Virus record (IMG/VR): IMGVR_UViG_3300024529_000001
Coordinates: 1-53,921 of that record
Length of the DNA: 53,921 bases
Strand: one strand, 5' to 3'
Origin: a virus
Taxonomy: Duplodnaviria; Caudoviricetes
Shown piece by piece: positions 1-8,888 of the stretch. The position numbers and the translations under genes are program-made. The notes below the pieces were generated by a model that was not told the origin of the DNA, made no database searches, and saw only the letters and a list, made by a program, of their open reading frames with translations. How positions within the stretch are numbered: the stretch's first letter is position 1; each line of letters starts with the position of its first letter.

Positions 1-936
1 GCTAAAAAAGATGAAAAAAGTGGTAATTGGACTACTAAATGGGCAGATGAACAGCTTGTAGAAGATTATAAGAAAAAAGGATATCAATCAACTGGTAAAT
101 CACAAATGGGACACTGTGTTCCTAAGTGGATTGCTAATAAAAAAGATGGTGGTATTTTATTATTAGATGATTGGAACAGAGCTGAAGTAAGATTTATTCA
201 AGCTGTTATGGAATTAATTGACAGACAAGAATATATTTCTTGGACTTTACCAAAAAATTGGCATATTATATTAACTGCAAATCCAGATAATGGAGATTAT
301 TTAGTTAATTCAATTGATTCAGCACAAAAAACTAGATTTATATCTGCAAATTTACAATTTGATGCAGAAACATGGGCTAAGTGGGCAGAATCTGCAGAAA
401 TAGATGGTAGATGTATCAATTTCTTATTAATGCATCCTGAGTTAGTTACACAAGAAACTAATGCAAGAGCAATTACTACTTATTTTAATGCAATTAGTTC
501 ATTTGAAAAATTTGAAGAAAGTCTTCCTATGATTCAAATGATTGGTGAAGGTTCTGTAGGAACAGAATTTTCTACTATGTTTACTACATTTATTAATAAT
601 AAACTAGATAAATTAGTTACTCCAGAAACAATGTTGACACATGAAAATGATCAACATGTTAAAACTTTATTAAAAGAAGCAATTGGAGTTGATCATAATT
701 ATAGAGCTGATGTAGCCGCTGTATTATGTACAAGATTAGCTAATTATGCATTACATTATGCTACTAATAATAGTATTACACAAAATATTATTGATAGATT
801 AATTATGTTATCTACTGAAGATATTTTTGCTAATGATCTTAAATATTTTGCTATCCGTGAAATATTAAATGGTAATAAACAAAAATTTCAAAAATTAATG
901 ATGAATGCAGAAGTTGTAAAAATGGCAACTTCTTAG
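1..936 (+). CDS. MoxR-like AAA+ ATPase, 5'-partial (frame open from base 1)
   Basis: Walker B 'ILLLDDWNRA', sensor 'IILTANP', Arg finger 'DSAQKTRF'; frame 1 has no stop from base 1 to the ATG at 106; Walker A lies outside the window. Confidence 0.85.
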   Translation, partial: AKKDEKSGNWTTKWADEQLVEDYKKKGYQSTGKSQMGHCVPKWIANKKDGGILLLDDWNRAEVRFIQAVMELIDRQEYISWTLPKNWHIILTANPDNGDYLVNSIDSAQKTRFISANLQFDAETWAKWAESAEIDGRCINFLLMHPELVTQETNARAITTYFNAISSFEKFEESLPMIQMIGEGSVGTEFSTMFTTFINNKLDKLVTPETMLTHENDQHVKTLLKEAIGVDHNYRADVAAVLCTRLANYALHYATNNSITQNIIDRLIMLSTEDIFANDLKYFAIREILNGNKQKFQKLMMNAEVVKMATS

Positions 937-953
937 TAACTTAATTATAACTT

Positions 954-975
954 AGGGGGGATTAAATTCCTCCCT
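954..975 (+). terminator. GC-rich hairpin after the ATPase gene (possible terminator)
   Basis: AGGGGGGA-ttaaat-TCCTCCCT stem with one G-U pair; weak U-tract. Confidence 0.5.
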
Positions 976-990
976 TAAAAATAATATATT

Positions 991-1140
991 ATGAGTTTAA
1001 ATTGTAAAATAAATAATATTCTAAAAGAATGTATAAAAAGAAAATATAATATTAATACTGCACAAAGATATCTAAAATTATTTTGTAAGATTACTTTATC
1101 AAATGAAGTATTAATAGAACGCCACAAGCTACTGAAGTAA
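991..1140 (+). CDS. small basic hypothetical protein (49 aa), not in the ORF track
   Basis: ATG 991 to TAA 1140 encodes MSLNCKINNILKECIKRKYNINTAQRYLKLFCKITLSNEVLIERHKLLK; overlaps the convergent gene by 50 nt. Confidence 0.4.
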   Translation: MSLNCKINNILKECIKRKYNINTAQRYLKLFCKITLSNEVLIERHKLLK

Positions 1141-1501
1141 CTAAGGACGTAAGTTTTAATGTTTTAACTTTAACTTTTTCTTTCTTTAAAGACTTTTCTA
1201 AAGTTTTAATATAATAATCATTTGATTTGATTATTTTATTTTGGTTGTATGAAATAGAATCTAAATTAGTTAATTGATTATTTAAATGTAATACTTGATT
1301 ATCTAATAATTTAATTTCTTTATTAGATGCAATTAAAATTAAGTTACATTCTTTTAAATTAATTAATTTTTTAGCAATTTTTTTAGCTTCTTCAGTTGTA
1401 TAACATATAATTGTATCTCCATATTCATTAATCCCAATTTGCCCGTATGATACTGTCAATTTGAGAAACATTAGAATTATCAATATATTTAATTGTTTCA
1501 T
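1091..1501 (-). CDS. putative spanin-like membrane protein (signal peptide, coiled coil, C-terminal TM)
   Basis: Hydrophobic N-terminus ending SYG-Q, heptad-rich middle, C-terminal LVTSVACGVLLILHLI; overlaps the upstream Rz-like gene. Confidence 0.5.
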   Translation of the reverse strand: MKQLNILIILMFLKLTVSYGQIGINEYGDTIICYTTEEAKKIAKKLINLKECNLILIASNKEIKLLDNQVLHLNNQLTNLDSISYNQNKIIKSNDYYIKTLEKSLKKEKVKVKTLKLTSLVTSVACGVLLILHLIK

Positions 1502-1736
1502 AATAAACTTTTTTAATTGAGTCTTTATAAATAATTACAGTATCTCTTTGAGATTTAAGATCATTAATAGTTATTGATAATGAATCATTTTTAATTTTAA
1601 GTAAATTTATTTCATTAATAAACCTGCTATTATCCGTTGGTTTAGGAATAATAACAGGTTTAGAGATGATCATATAACCAACTAAAATAATTATTATTAA
1701 AAATAATATTAATATTATCTTAGTAGTTATTTTCAT
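1428..1736 (-). CDS. putative Rz/i-spanin-like protein
   Basis: N-terminal TM IILILFLIIIILVGYMII followed by a coiled coil; directly downstream of the holin-like gene. Confidence 0.5.
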   Translation of the reverse strand: MKITTKIILILFLIIIILVGYMIISKPVIIPKPTDNSRFINEINLLKIKNDSLSITINDLKSQRDTVIIYKDSIKKVYYETIKYIDNSNVSQIDSIIRANWD

Positions 1737-1931
1737 TTACTTTTTTTTGAGTCCGTCTGCAAGATGTTCAACACCATTGCCAATTGCATATGTACCAAAA
1801 ACCCATACAACAAAATTAGACCATTGAGGAAAATCACACTTACTTGTGAAAAGAAATATGCTTACAATTAGCATTAATACTAATGCAAAAAACATTTTTC
1901 TACCTCCTAAAAATTTAAAAAATTTTTCCAT
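1737..1931 (-). CDS. putative holin (64 aa, two TM helices)
   Basis: GGRK then two hydrophobic segments and a basic C-terminus (LKKK). Confidence 0.65.
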   Translation of the reverse strand: MEKFFKFLGGRKMFFALVLMLIVSIFLFTSKCDFPQWSNFVVWVFGTYAIGNGVEHLADGLKKK

Positions 1932-1965
1932 AATTTTATTATTTATAATTTATAATTAATAATCT

Positions 1966-1974
1966 AATATACAA
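1966..1974 (-). promoter_or_regulatory. TTGTATATT motif (candidate late-promoter element) upstream of the holin
   Basis: Same core at 17496-17509 (+), 45489-45502 (-) and 51591-51601 (-), all intergenic. Confidence 0.4.
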
Positions 1975-1978
1975 TATT

Positions 1979-2422
1979 ATGATAATAACACCAAAAAATA
2001 AAAAAGATGCTGAAGGTTATATAAAAAGATTTAAAAAAAGATTTAAAAAGAAATTTTCAGCAAAAATAGAAATTAAATATACTTTTACTGAAAGTATTAA
2101 TTCAATTGAATTACCATTAATTGAACTTGATCAATTACAAGAAATAGTTGATGAATATTTAAAAGCAAATACAGGGCATAATACTATACTTTGTGAATCT
2201 AGATTAGGTGAAATTGCTTTATATAGACATATTTTTTGTAAAATTGCTCGTGAAATGGATTACCAGTGGACAACTGTTGGTATATTTTTGAATAGAACAC
2301 ATGCAAGTATTATTAACGGACATAAAAAAATAACTAATTGTTTAATGATTAAAGATAAACAAATAACAAAAATGTATTTGGAAATTATTTCACATATAAA
2401 ACTTCTAGAAAATTATGAATGA
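1979..2422 (+). CDS. DnaA C-terminal (domain IV)-like HTH DNA-binding protein
   Basis: SRLGEIALYRHIFCKIARE...VGIFLNRTHASIINGHKKI resembles the DnaA domain IV signature (R..RQ...IG..F.RDHTTV). Confidence 0.7.
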   Translation: MIITPKNKKDAEGYIKRFKKRFKKKFSAKIEIKYTFTESINSIELPLIELDQLQEIVDEYLKANTGHNTILCESRLGEIALYRHIFCKIAREMDYQWTTVGIFLNRTHASIINGHKKITNCLMIKDKQITKMYLEIISHIKLLENYE

Positions 2423-2999
2423 ATTATTTAAAATAATTGTAAGAAACAAGTTAACACCAAACGGTTTATATATATTAAACAGTATGATAGAAAATGTTAG
2501 TTCTGTAAATTTATGCTTAGAAGAAGAATTATTAAAACTTAAAAAAGATAAATGGATAACTAATGATAATAAAATTACTGATAAAGCTAAAAGACTAATT
2601 AATGAAGTTAATGCTTTATTTAAAAAAGTAAAAAAGAAAACTAATGATAAAATAATGGGAAATAACTATAATGAAAAAATTGATGAGTATAATCAATTAT
2701 TTCCTAAGATGAAATTACCAACAGGTAAAGCAGCAAGATCATCAAAAAGTAATTTAGAAAACGCTTTTAGATGGTTTTTTCAAAATCATGATTATGATTG
2801 GGAAACTGTTTTAAAGGCGACAAATGCTTATTTAACTGAAAGAAAATTAAATGAATGGAAATTTACAAGAAATTCACAATATTTTATCAGAAAACAAGTA
2901 ATTGATAAAACCTGGGAATCATCATTAGCAAATTGGTGCTTGATTATTGAAGACGGATTAGATGAAACTGTAAATCCTTTTCAAGAAAAAGTATTTTAA
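2415..2999 (+). CDS. hypothetical replication-module protein (possible initiator or helicase loader)
   Basis: 194-aa ORF overlapping the DnaA-like gene and upstream of DnaB; function inferred from position only. Confidence 0.55.
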   Translation: MNELFKIIVRNKLTPNGLYILNSMIENVSSVNLCLEEELLKLKKDKWITNDNKITDKAKRLINEVNALFKKVKKKTNDKIMGNNYNEKIDEYNQLFPKMKLPTGKAARSSKSNLENAFRWFFQNHDYDWETVLKATNAYLTERKLNEWKFTRNSQYFIRKQVIDKTWESSLANWCLIIEDGLDETVNPFQEKVF

Positions 3000-3046
3000 T
3001 TTTTTATACTTATTGATATTAATATTTAACAAATTAAAATATATCA

Positions 3047-3205
3047 ATGAGTAAATTAACTAAATTATTTTTATTTCATGTAATATCATTTATTATATTG
3101 ATGTTAGTTTTAAAATTAAATTGTATTGAATATATTTTTATTCAATTTATTTTGATTTTGAATTATAAATTTTTAAATTTATCTTCCTCAAGAAGACACA
3201 ATTAA
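3047..3205 (+). CDS. small hydrophobic (two-TM) hypothetical protein, 52 aa, not in the ORF track
   Basis: ATG 3047 to TAA 3205 encodes MSKLTKLFLFHVISFIILMLVLKLNCIEYIFIQFILILNYKFLNLSSSRRHN; fills an otherwise empty gap. Confidence 0.4.
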   Translation: MSKLTKLFLFHVISFIILMLVLKLNCIEYIFIQFILILNYKFLNLSSSRRHN

Positions 3206-3241
3206 AAACTTACTTAAAACTAACTAAACTTAATATATTAT

Positions 3242-4234
3242 ATGATTGGACAATGGAAATCTCAAAAAGAAGCATATCAAGAATCTTTAGTATATTTAAA
3301 AGGAAGAAAAAATGGTTTAATAACCAGCATTAAAACACCCTGGGTAAAATTTAATGATGCATCTACAAATGGTATTGAATGGAATTCAATGACTGTTATT
3401 GGAGGTAGACCTGGTGCAGGTAAAACATTAATTAAAGACCAACTTGTAAGAAACGCCTTTCCTTTAAATCCCGCTGAAAATTTTAGAGTTTTAGAATTTC
3501 AACTAGAAATGGTTGGTAAAAATTCTGCTATACGTGCATACGCAAGTGAACTCGGAACAAGTTATAAATATTTATGTAGTGCAGATGGTGTTTTATCTGA
3601 CAATGATTTAGCAAGATGTTTTGATTATGCTAAAAAAGCTATCAAATATCCAATTGATATTGTTGAAGAAGCACCTACTGTGTTAGAATTTAAAACAATT
3701 ATAACTAATTATTTAAACCAACATGTAAAAGTATTTAAATGTTCAAAAACTGGAGATGATATAAAAGAATATACTAAAACTATAATAACTTTAGATCATT
3801 CTATATTAATACGTAATAAACCTAAACAAAGTAAGCAAGACATGCTTTATGAGTTAGGTGAAGTATTAACATCACTCAAAAGAAAATATCCAATTGCTTT
3901 TATAATATTATCACAACTTAATAGAGGAATTGATTCTCCTGAAAGAAATGAAGATGGTAAATATGGTAATTATATACTAGCTTCTGATATTTTTGGATCA
4001 GATGCTTTGTTACAACATGCAGATATGGTTGTAGGTTTAAATAGACCTGGTTCACAAAAAATTAGATTTTATGGACCTGAAAGATATATAATTGAAAATG
4101 ATAAATTGTTAGCTATGCATTTTATAAAATGTAGAAATGGTGAAACAGGAATAGCATTTTTTAAAGCTGTATTTGAAAATATGAAAGTTTTAGAAACTGA
4201 AACACCACCAAAAATGAATCTAAATATAAGATAA
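3242..4234 (+). CDS. dnaB: replicative SF4 DNA helicase (DnaB-like, lacking the N-terminal domain)
   Basis: GGRPGAGKT Walker A, FQLEM, ITLDH, IILSQLNR, ADMVVGLNRP, KCRNG. Confidence 0.92.
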   Translation: MIGQWKSQKEAYQESLVYLKGRKNGLITSIKTPWVKFNDASTNGIEWNSMTVIGGRPGAGKTLIKDQLVRNAFPLNPAENFRVLEFQLEMVGKNSAIRAYASELGTSYKYLCSADGVLSDNDLARCFDYAKKAIKYPIDIVEEAPTVLEFKTIITNYLNQHVKVFKCSKTGDDIKEYTKTIITLDHSILIRNKPKQSKQDMLYELGEVLTSLKRKYPIAFIILSQLNRGIDSPERNEDGKYGNYILASDIFGSDALLQHADMVVGLNRPGSQKIRFYGPERYIIENDKLLAMHFIKCRNGETGIAFFKAVFENMKVLETETPPKMNLNIR

Positions 4235-4749
4235 TGAATACAAAAACTAAATTAACTCCTCTTGCAAGAAAAGAAAAAGTGCAAGAGTTAAAAAAATTTC
4301 ATGAACAAACTTTTAAAGAATTGAATGTTAGTGATCCAGTTTATATACCTAAAATGGCTCATTTTGCATCAGGACTTCAAGGTTTGCATATGGGATTTTT
4401 TGAAAGTGAAATAAATCACGGACAAGATGTATATACAGAAAAAGTAAGTAAAATAATGGAGTCAGAAGATCCTAAAAGAGTTTTATATAGATATAAATAT
4501 AATCCTCATTTTCAAGAAGAATATTCTACATCTGCTCCTGTAAGTACAGGTAATGTACGTTACTTAGTTCCAGTAGAGGAACTTGAAATTGTTGATACTT
4601 CAGAAATTGAAGATGAAGAATTTAACTTAATGAATCCTGATGAAGATTTACCACTTGATCAGTTAACAATAAGAGATGTTGCTGCATTATTGTTAAAGAA
4701 ACCCGTCAGCAAAAAAGTATGGTTAAACCAAATAATAAACAAAAAATAA
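4234..4749 (+). CDS. hypothetical protein
   Basis: 171-aa ORF coupled by TAATG overlaps to both neighbours. Confidence 0.75.
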   Translation: MNTKTKLTPLARKEKVQELKKFHEQTFKELNVSDPVYIPKMAHFASGLQGLHMGFFESEINHGQDVYTEKVSKIMESEDPKRVLYRYKYNPHFQEEYSTSAPVSTGNVRYLVPVEELEIVDTSEIEDEEFNLMNPDEDLPLDQLTIRDVAALLLKKPVSKKVWLNQIINKK

Positions 4750-5432
4750 TGGCACAAAGTATTTTAATAATAGGAGAGTCAGGATCAGGTAAATCTACAG
4801 GAGGTAGAACTTTAAAACCTGAAGAAACTTTTTGGATTAATGTTGCTAATAAACCTTTACCATTTAAAGGTTGGAAAAGCAAATATCCAAAAATTAGCAA
4901 AGAAGTAAAAGATGGTAGATTATCAACAGTAAATAGTCCAAATGGTATCATAAAAGCTATGGAATATGTAAATACTGAAAGACCAGAAATCAAAAATTTA
5001 ATTATAGATGATTGGCAATATATGTCAGCATTTGAGTTTTTTGATAGAGCTGATGAAAAAGGTTATGATAAATTTACAGATATTGGCAAATGGTTAGCTG
5101 CAACTGCAAAAAAACCTATGTCATTAAGAGATGACTTATTTATATATTTTTTAACTCATTCAGAAGAAAATACTGATGCTTTAGGTAAAAGAAAACAAAA
5201 AGCAAAAACTATTGGAAGAATGGTTGATGAAAAACTAACTTTAGAAGGTTTATTTTCTATTGTACTATATGCAAAAGTTAAAAGAAATGATGATGGAGTA
5301 TTAACATATGTATTTGAAACTAAAAATAATGGTATGAATACTTGTAAAACTCCTATGGGAATGTTTGAAAAAGAAGATATCCCAAATGATCTTGATTATG
5401 TTAAAAATAAAATTGTTGAATTCGAAAAATAA
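4749..5432 (+). CDS. AAA_24/Sak4-like P-loop ATPase (recombination)
   Basis: ILIIGESGSGKST Walker A, LIIDD Walker B, FLTH; likely start is the ATG at 4749 (TAATG overlap) rather than 4719. Confidence 0.8.
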   Translation: MAQSILIIGESGSGKSTGGRTLKPEETFWINVANKPLPFKGWKSKYPKISKEVKDGRLSTVNSPNGIIKAMEYVNTERPEIKNLIIDDWQYMSAFEFFDRADEKGYDKFTDIGKWLAATAKKPMSLRDDLFIYFLTHSEENTDALGKRKQKAKTIGRMVDEKLTLEGLFSIVLYAKVKRNDDGVLTYVFETKNNGMNTCKTPMGMFEKEDIPNDLDYVKNKIVEFEK

Positions 5433-5438
5433 TAAAAA

Positions 5439-6113
5439 ATGATTAGTACTAAAAAAACAAATGATAACGGAACAGAAAGTTCTTTTGTAAATAAATCTTT
5501 ACAGCCAGGTAATACTGTAATAAAAGTTGATAAAATATATTTAGAAGATTTTCCATTTGGAGAAAATGCATATAATTTAATATTAGAATGTCAAGGACAA
5601 GATCTAGAAAATTTTGATGGATTTTTTATTGATAAAGATGATGAGTCAAAAGGTAAATATAAATGTCAAGTAGGAAGAATTAAATCAAGTCAATGGGCTT
5701 ATGCAGATAAGCAGTTAAATGATGATGTATTTATTTCAAGAGATGAAGAAATAGTAAAATTTCTAAGAACATTATGTTATGCTACTGATTCAATTGATTG
5801 GTTAGATGGTGTAGATGGTAAATATGAAACTATTGAAACATTAGTTGAAGCATTAAATACAGATTGTCCATTTAAAGATAAATGGTTAAGTGTATGCATA
5901 GGAGGTAGAGAATATCAAAATAAAGCTGGTTATACTGCATATGATTTATTCTTACCTAAATTCTCTAAAGAAGGAATACCATTTGCAGCATTTGATTCAG
6001 AAAATTCAAATTCACAAATATTTACTTTTAACAATGATACACATATTAAAAGAAAAGTTGTAAAAAATGTTGATTCATTTGAGCCAGCAAGTAAAGAGGA
6101 TTTTGAATTATAA
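5439..6113 (+). CDS. putative single-stranded DNA-binding protein
   Basis: Follows the Sak4-like ATPase; beta-rich body and acidic/aromatic C-terminal tail (DSFEPASKEDFEL). Confidence 0.55.
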   Translation: MISTKKTNDNGTESSFVNKSLQPGNTVIKVDKIYLEDFPFGENAYNLILECQGQDLENFDGFFIDKDDESKGKYKCQVGRIKSSQWAYADKQLNDDVFISRDEEIVKFLRTLCYATDSIDWLDGVDGKYETIETLVEALNTDCPFKDKWLSVCIGGREYQNKAGYTAYDLFLPKFSKEGIPFAAFDSENSNSQIFTFNNDTHIKRKVVKNVDSFEPASKEDFEL

Positions 6114-6133
6114 AAAATTTTTTTTGTTTACAC

Positions 6134-6157
6134 GGGGAGTTTTTATAGCTCCCCTTT
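6134..6157 (+). terminator. intrinsic terminator
   Basis: GGGGAGTT-tttat-AGCTCCCC stem followed by TTT. Confidence 0.65.
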
Positions 6158-6170
6158 AATATTTTAAATT

Positions 6171-7118
6171 ATGATAAGTACTATAAATAAAATTGATAAA
6201 ATTCCTACTACATGGATATTTGAAAACTATTGTAATTTAGAAGAAAAATTACATGGACAAGATGTAAAAATTTTGTCTATGTTTAATTCTAATGATACAA
6301 TTCCTTCTATGTTTATATATATGTTTAATACAAAATATTTTTTTAAAGATTATTCATCTGGTAAAACAGGAGATGGAATAAAATTAGTATCATATCTATT
6401 TAATATAAGCAGAAAAAATGCTGAAAAAAAAATAATTAATGATTACTCAGAAAAAAATGAATATATCGCAAGTGATAATTTAAAAAAAGTTGAAAAATAT
6501 AAAGTAACTTCATTTATAAAAAGACCTTGGAATGAATTAGATGCAAAATATTGGATACAATTTAATATTGGATCTACATTATTAAAAAAATATAATGTTT
6601 TTGCTTTATCTGAATATACTATGTCTAAAAAATTAAATAATGAACTATCAGAAATAAATATAAAAAATAATCACATATATGGTTATTTTAAAAATAATGG
6701 AACATTGTATAAAATTTATCAACCTAATATTAAAAAGAAAAAATTTATTAAAGTAAAAAACTATATACAAGGAACTGATCAATTATTATATAATAAACCT
6801 AATTTAATCATTGCATCTTCATTAAAAGATATTATGTGTTTAGATTCTTTGAATCTTAATGCAGAATTTGTATCACCAGATAGTGAGAATACTTTAATTT
6901 CTAAAAAAATTATATCTTCTTATTTGTTAAAGTACAATAATATATATACATTATTAGACAATGATAGTGCAGGACACATTGGAATGAATAAATACTGGAA
7001 TGAATACGGAATAAATGGTATTTATCTAAATTTATCTAAAGATGTTTCTGATTCTGTAAAAGATTTTAATAAAACCACAGTTAAAAATTATATTAATCCT
7101 TTAATACCTATAATATGA
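6171..7118 (+). CDS. dnaG: DNA primase (TOPRIM, crAss-type)
   Basis: IIASSLKD, SPDSE and LLDNDSAG (DxD) TOPRIM motifs, plus KDVSD. Confidence 0.85.
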   Translation: MISTINKIDKIPTTWIFENYCNLEEKLHGQDVKILSMFNSNDTIPSMFIYMFNTKYFFKDYSSGKTGDGIKLVSYLFNISRKNAEKKIINDYSEKNEYIASDNLKKVEKYKVTSFIKRPWNELDAKYWIQFNIGSTLLKKYNVFALSEYTMSKKLNNELSEINIKNNHIYGYFKNNGTLYKIYQPNIKKKKFIKVKNYIQGTDQLLYNKPNLIIASSLKDIMCLDSLNLNAEFVSPDSENTLISKKIISSYLLKYNNIYTLLDNDSAGHIGMNKYWNEYGINGIYLNLSKDVSDSVKDFNKTTVKNYINPLIPII

Positions 7119-7288
7119 GTGCAGAAGATTTAAAAAATGTTTATACTGAAAAAATTGAAAATGAAAAAAGCCCTTTTATGAAAAATATATTAGAAGCTGA
7201 ATTAAAACATAAACTTGAATTATTAGAATTAGGTATTGAAAATATAACTCCTCCTGATCCTGATGATTGTATTGCATGTAGTGGATGA
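7115..7288 (+). CDS. 57-aa protein ending in a CxxCSG redox-type tail, not in the ORF track
   Basis: MSAEDLK...ITPPDPDDCIACSG; ATGA overlaps with both the primase stop and the RuvC start. Confidence 0.8.
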   Translation: MSAEDLKNVYTEKIENEKSPFMKNILEAELKHKLELLELGIENITPPDPDDCIACSG

Positions 7289-7728
7289 AAATACTAAGCT
7301 TAGATATTGCCAGTACAACTGGATGGTGTTTGGATAAACACTTATATGGAACCTGGAATTTTAAAACTAGGAAAGATGAATCAATGGGTATGAAACTCAT
7401 TAGATTTTTAGCAAAATTAAAAGAAGTATATGAACTTGAAAAGTTTGATATAGTAGTGTATGAACGCCCTGCAGGAAGACATGCACATGCTATTATACAC
7501 CAAGCTAAATTAATAGCTATATTAGAACAATTTTGTGAAGAAAATAATGTAGAATATAAATCTTATTCTGCATCTGAAATTAAAAAATTTGCTACTGGAA
7601 AAGGTAATGCAAATAAACAGCAGATGATAGAAGCTGCAAAACAAAAATATCATTATTTAGGAAATGATGATAATGAAGCTGACGCAATTCATATGCGTTA
7701 TTTAGCTAAAGAAGAACTAGGAATATAA
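7285..7728 (+). CDS. ruvC: Holliday junction resolvase, RuvC-like
   Basis: ILSLDIA, VVYERP, IKKFATGKGNANK, DNEADAI. Confidence 0.88.
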   Translation: MKILSLDIASTTGWCLDKHLYGTWNFKTRKDESMGMKLIRFLAKLKEVYELEKFDIVVYERPAGRHAHAIIHQAKLIAILEQFCEENNVEYKSYSASEIKKFATGKGNANKQQMIEAAKQKYHYLGNDDNEADAIHMRYLAKEELGI

Positions 7729-7745
7729 CTTAAAATTTAAAAAAA

Positions 7746-8888
7746 ATGGCATTCAATCCTTTTATAGTATTGGATGATGGTGAAGTCTCAAAACTTGGTT
7801 TTGATTTTACACGTCATCCATATATTTATTATACTGAAAATTACGGAATAAAACTTGGAGAAATATTTAAAGTAAAAGAAGATATTTATAATAAAATAAC
7901 AAAATTAATGTCTGGAAATGAAAATACAACTATCAATAAAAAAGATAAAGTATTTATATGTCCAGGATGTAAACTTCCTTTATACAGAATTAAAGAACAC
8001 TTAAGAACAATTGGTGCAACAATAACAAGAGATATTGAAAAAGCAACAATTATATTATCAACAAATAATATTTGTGAAAATGTTGATAATTGTTATAGAG
8101 AAAATAAACAAGCTAGATTAAGAAAATTATTTTTTGAAGATGATGGTATGTATTTTATTAGAAAAGGAGAAGAACTTACTCTTTCAGATTATACAAATAT
8201 ATCTGATATGTTTGACAATAAAATTACAGATACAGAAGAAATAGAAAATGTAATGTTCAGCAGTCTTGTAAAAGACAATATATCTTTTCATGGTTCTTTT
8301 GTTAGAAATGCTGATTATGATAATCAACATTATCTGTATCCTATTTCAATAAAAATTATATATGAAATATTATCAAAAAAAATACCTATTATTCATGAAG
8401 ATGTTTTTTGTTTAAGTGCAAATTCTGGTCTTAAATTAAATGATAAAGATACTTTTAATAATATTATAATGATGCTTGATAGTGTAGATTCAAAAGATAG
8501 AGAAATGGCAAAAGAAATGATTTCTAATTCAGATTTTAGTGATGCTGATCATCAATTATTTTATTTAGCACAAAATTTTTATATTAGTCTTTCAAATTCA
8601 AAAAATAAAAATCATAAATATTTTGTTGATGAATCTAATTTAAGAAAATATTATAACATGAATGACTTTCAATTTATACAATATTTAAAAAATAATAATA
8701 ATCTTTCTGTTGAAAAATTTAAAGAAAAATTACAAAATTTTATTGAAGAGTGTTTAGATGATATAAGTCATACAAGTTATAAAGAAATGTTTAATATAAG
8801 AATTTCTCTAAAAGAAGAATGGTTAAACTTTGTAAATGAAGAAGATAAAGATTTAAATTACGAACTAAATAATGAAAAAGATGATTAA
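7746..8888 (+). CDS. hypothetical protein with BRCT-like segment (paralog A)
   Basis: DKVFICPGCKLP...GATITRDIEKATIILS; shares motifs with the next gene. Confidence 0.6.
   Translation: MAFNPFIVLDDGEVSKLGFDFTRHPYIYYTENYGIKLGEIFKVKEDIYNKITKLMSGNENTTINKKDKVFICPGCKLPLYRIKEHLRTIGATITRDIEKATIILSTNNICENVDNCYRENKQARLRKLFFEDDGMYFIRKGEELTLSDYTNISDMFDNKITDTEEIENVMFSSLVKDNISFHGSFVRNADYDNQHYLYPISIKIIYEILSKKIPIIHEDVFCLSANSGLKLNDKDTFNNIIMMLDSVDSKDREMAKEMISNSDFSDADHQLFYLAQNFYISLSNSKNKNHKYFVDESNLRKYYNMNDFQFIQYLKNNNNLSVEKFKEKLQNFIEECLDDISHTSYKEMFNIRISLKEEWLNFVNEEDKDLNYELNNEKDD

Noticed and set aside
4719-4748. Track start for the AAA_24 ATPase at 4719
   Set aside because: The ATG at 4749 forms a TAATG overlap and puts Walker A at the usual N-terminal position
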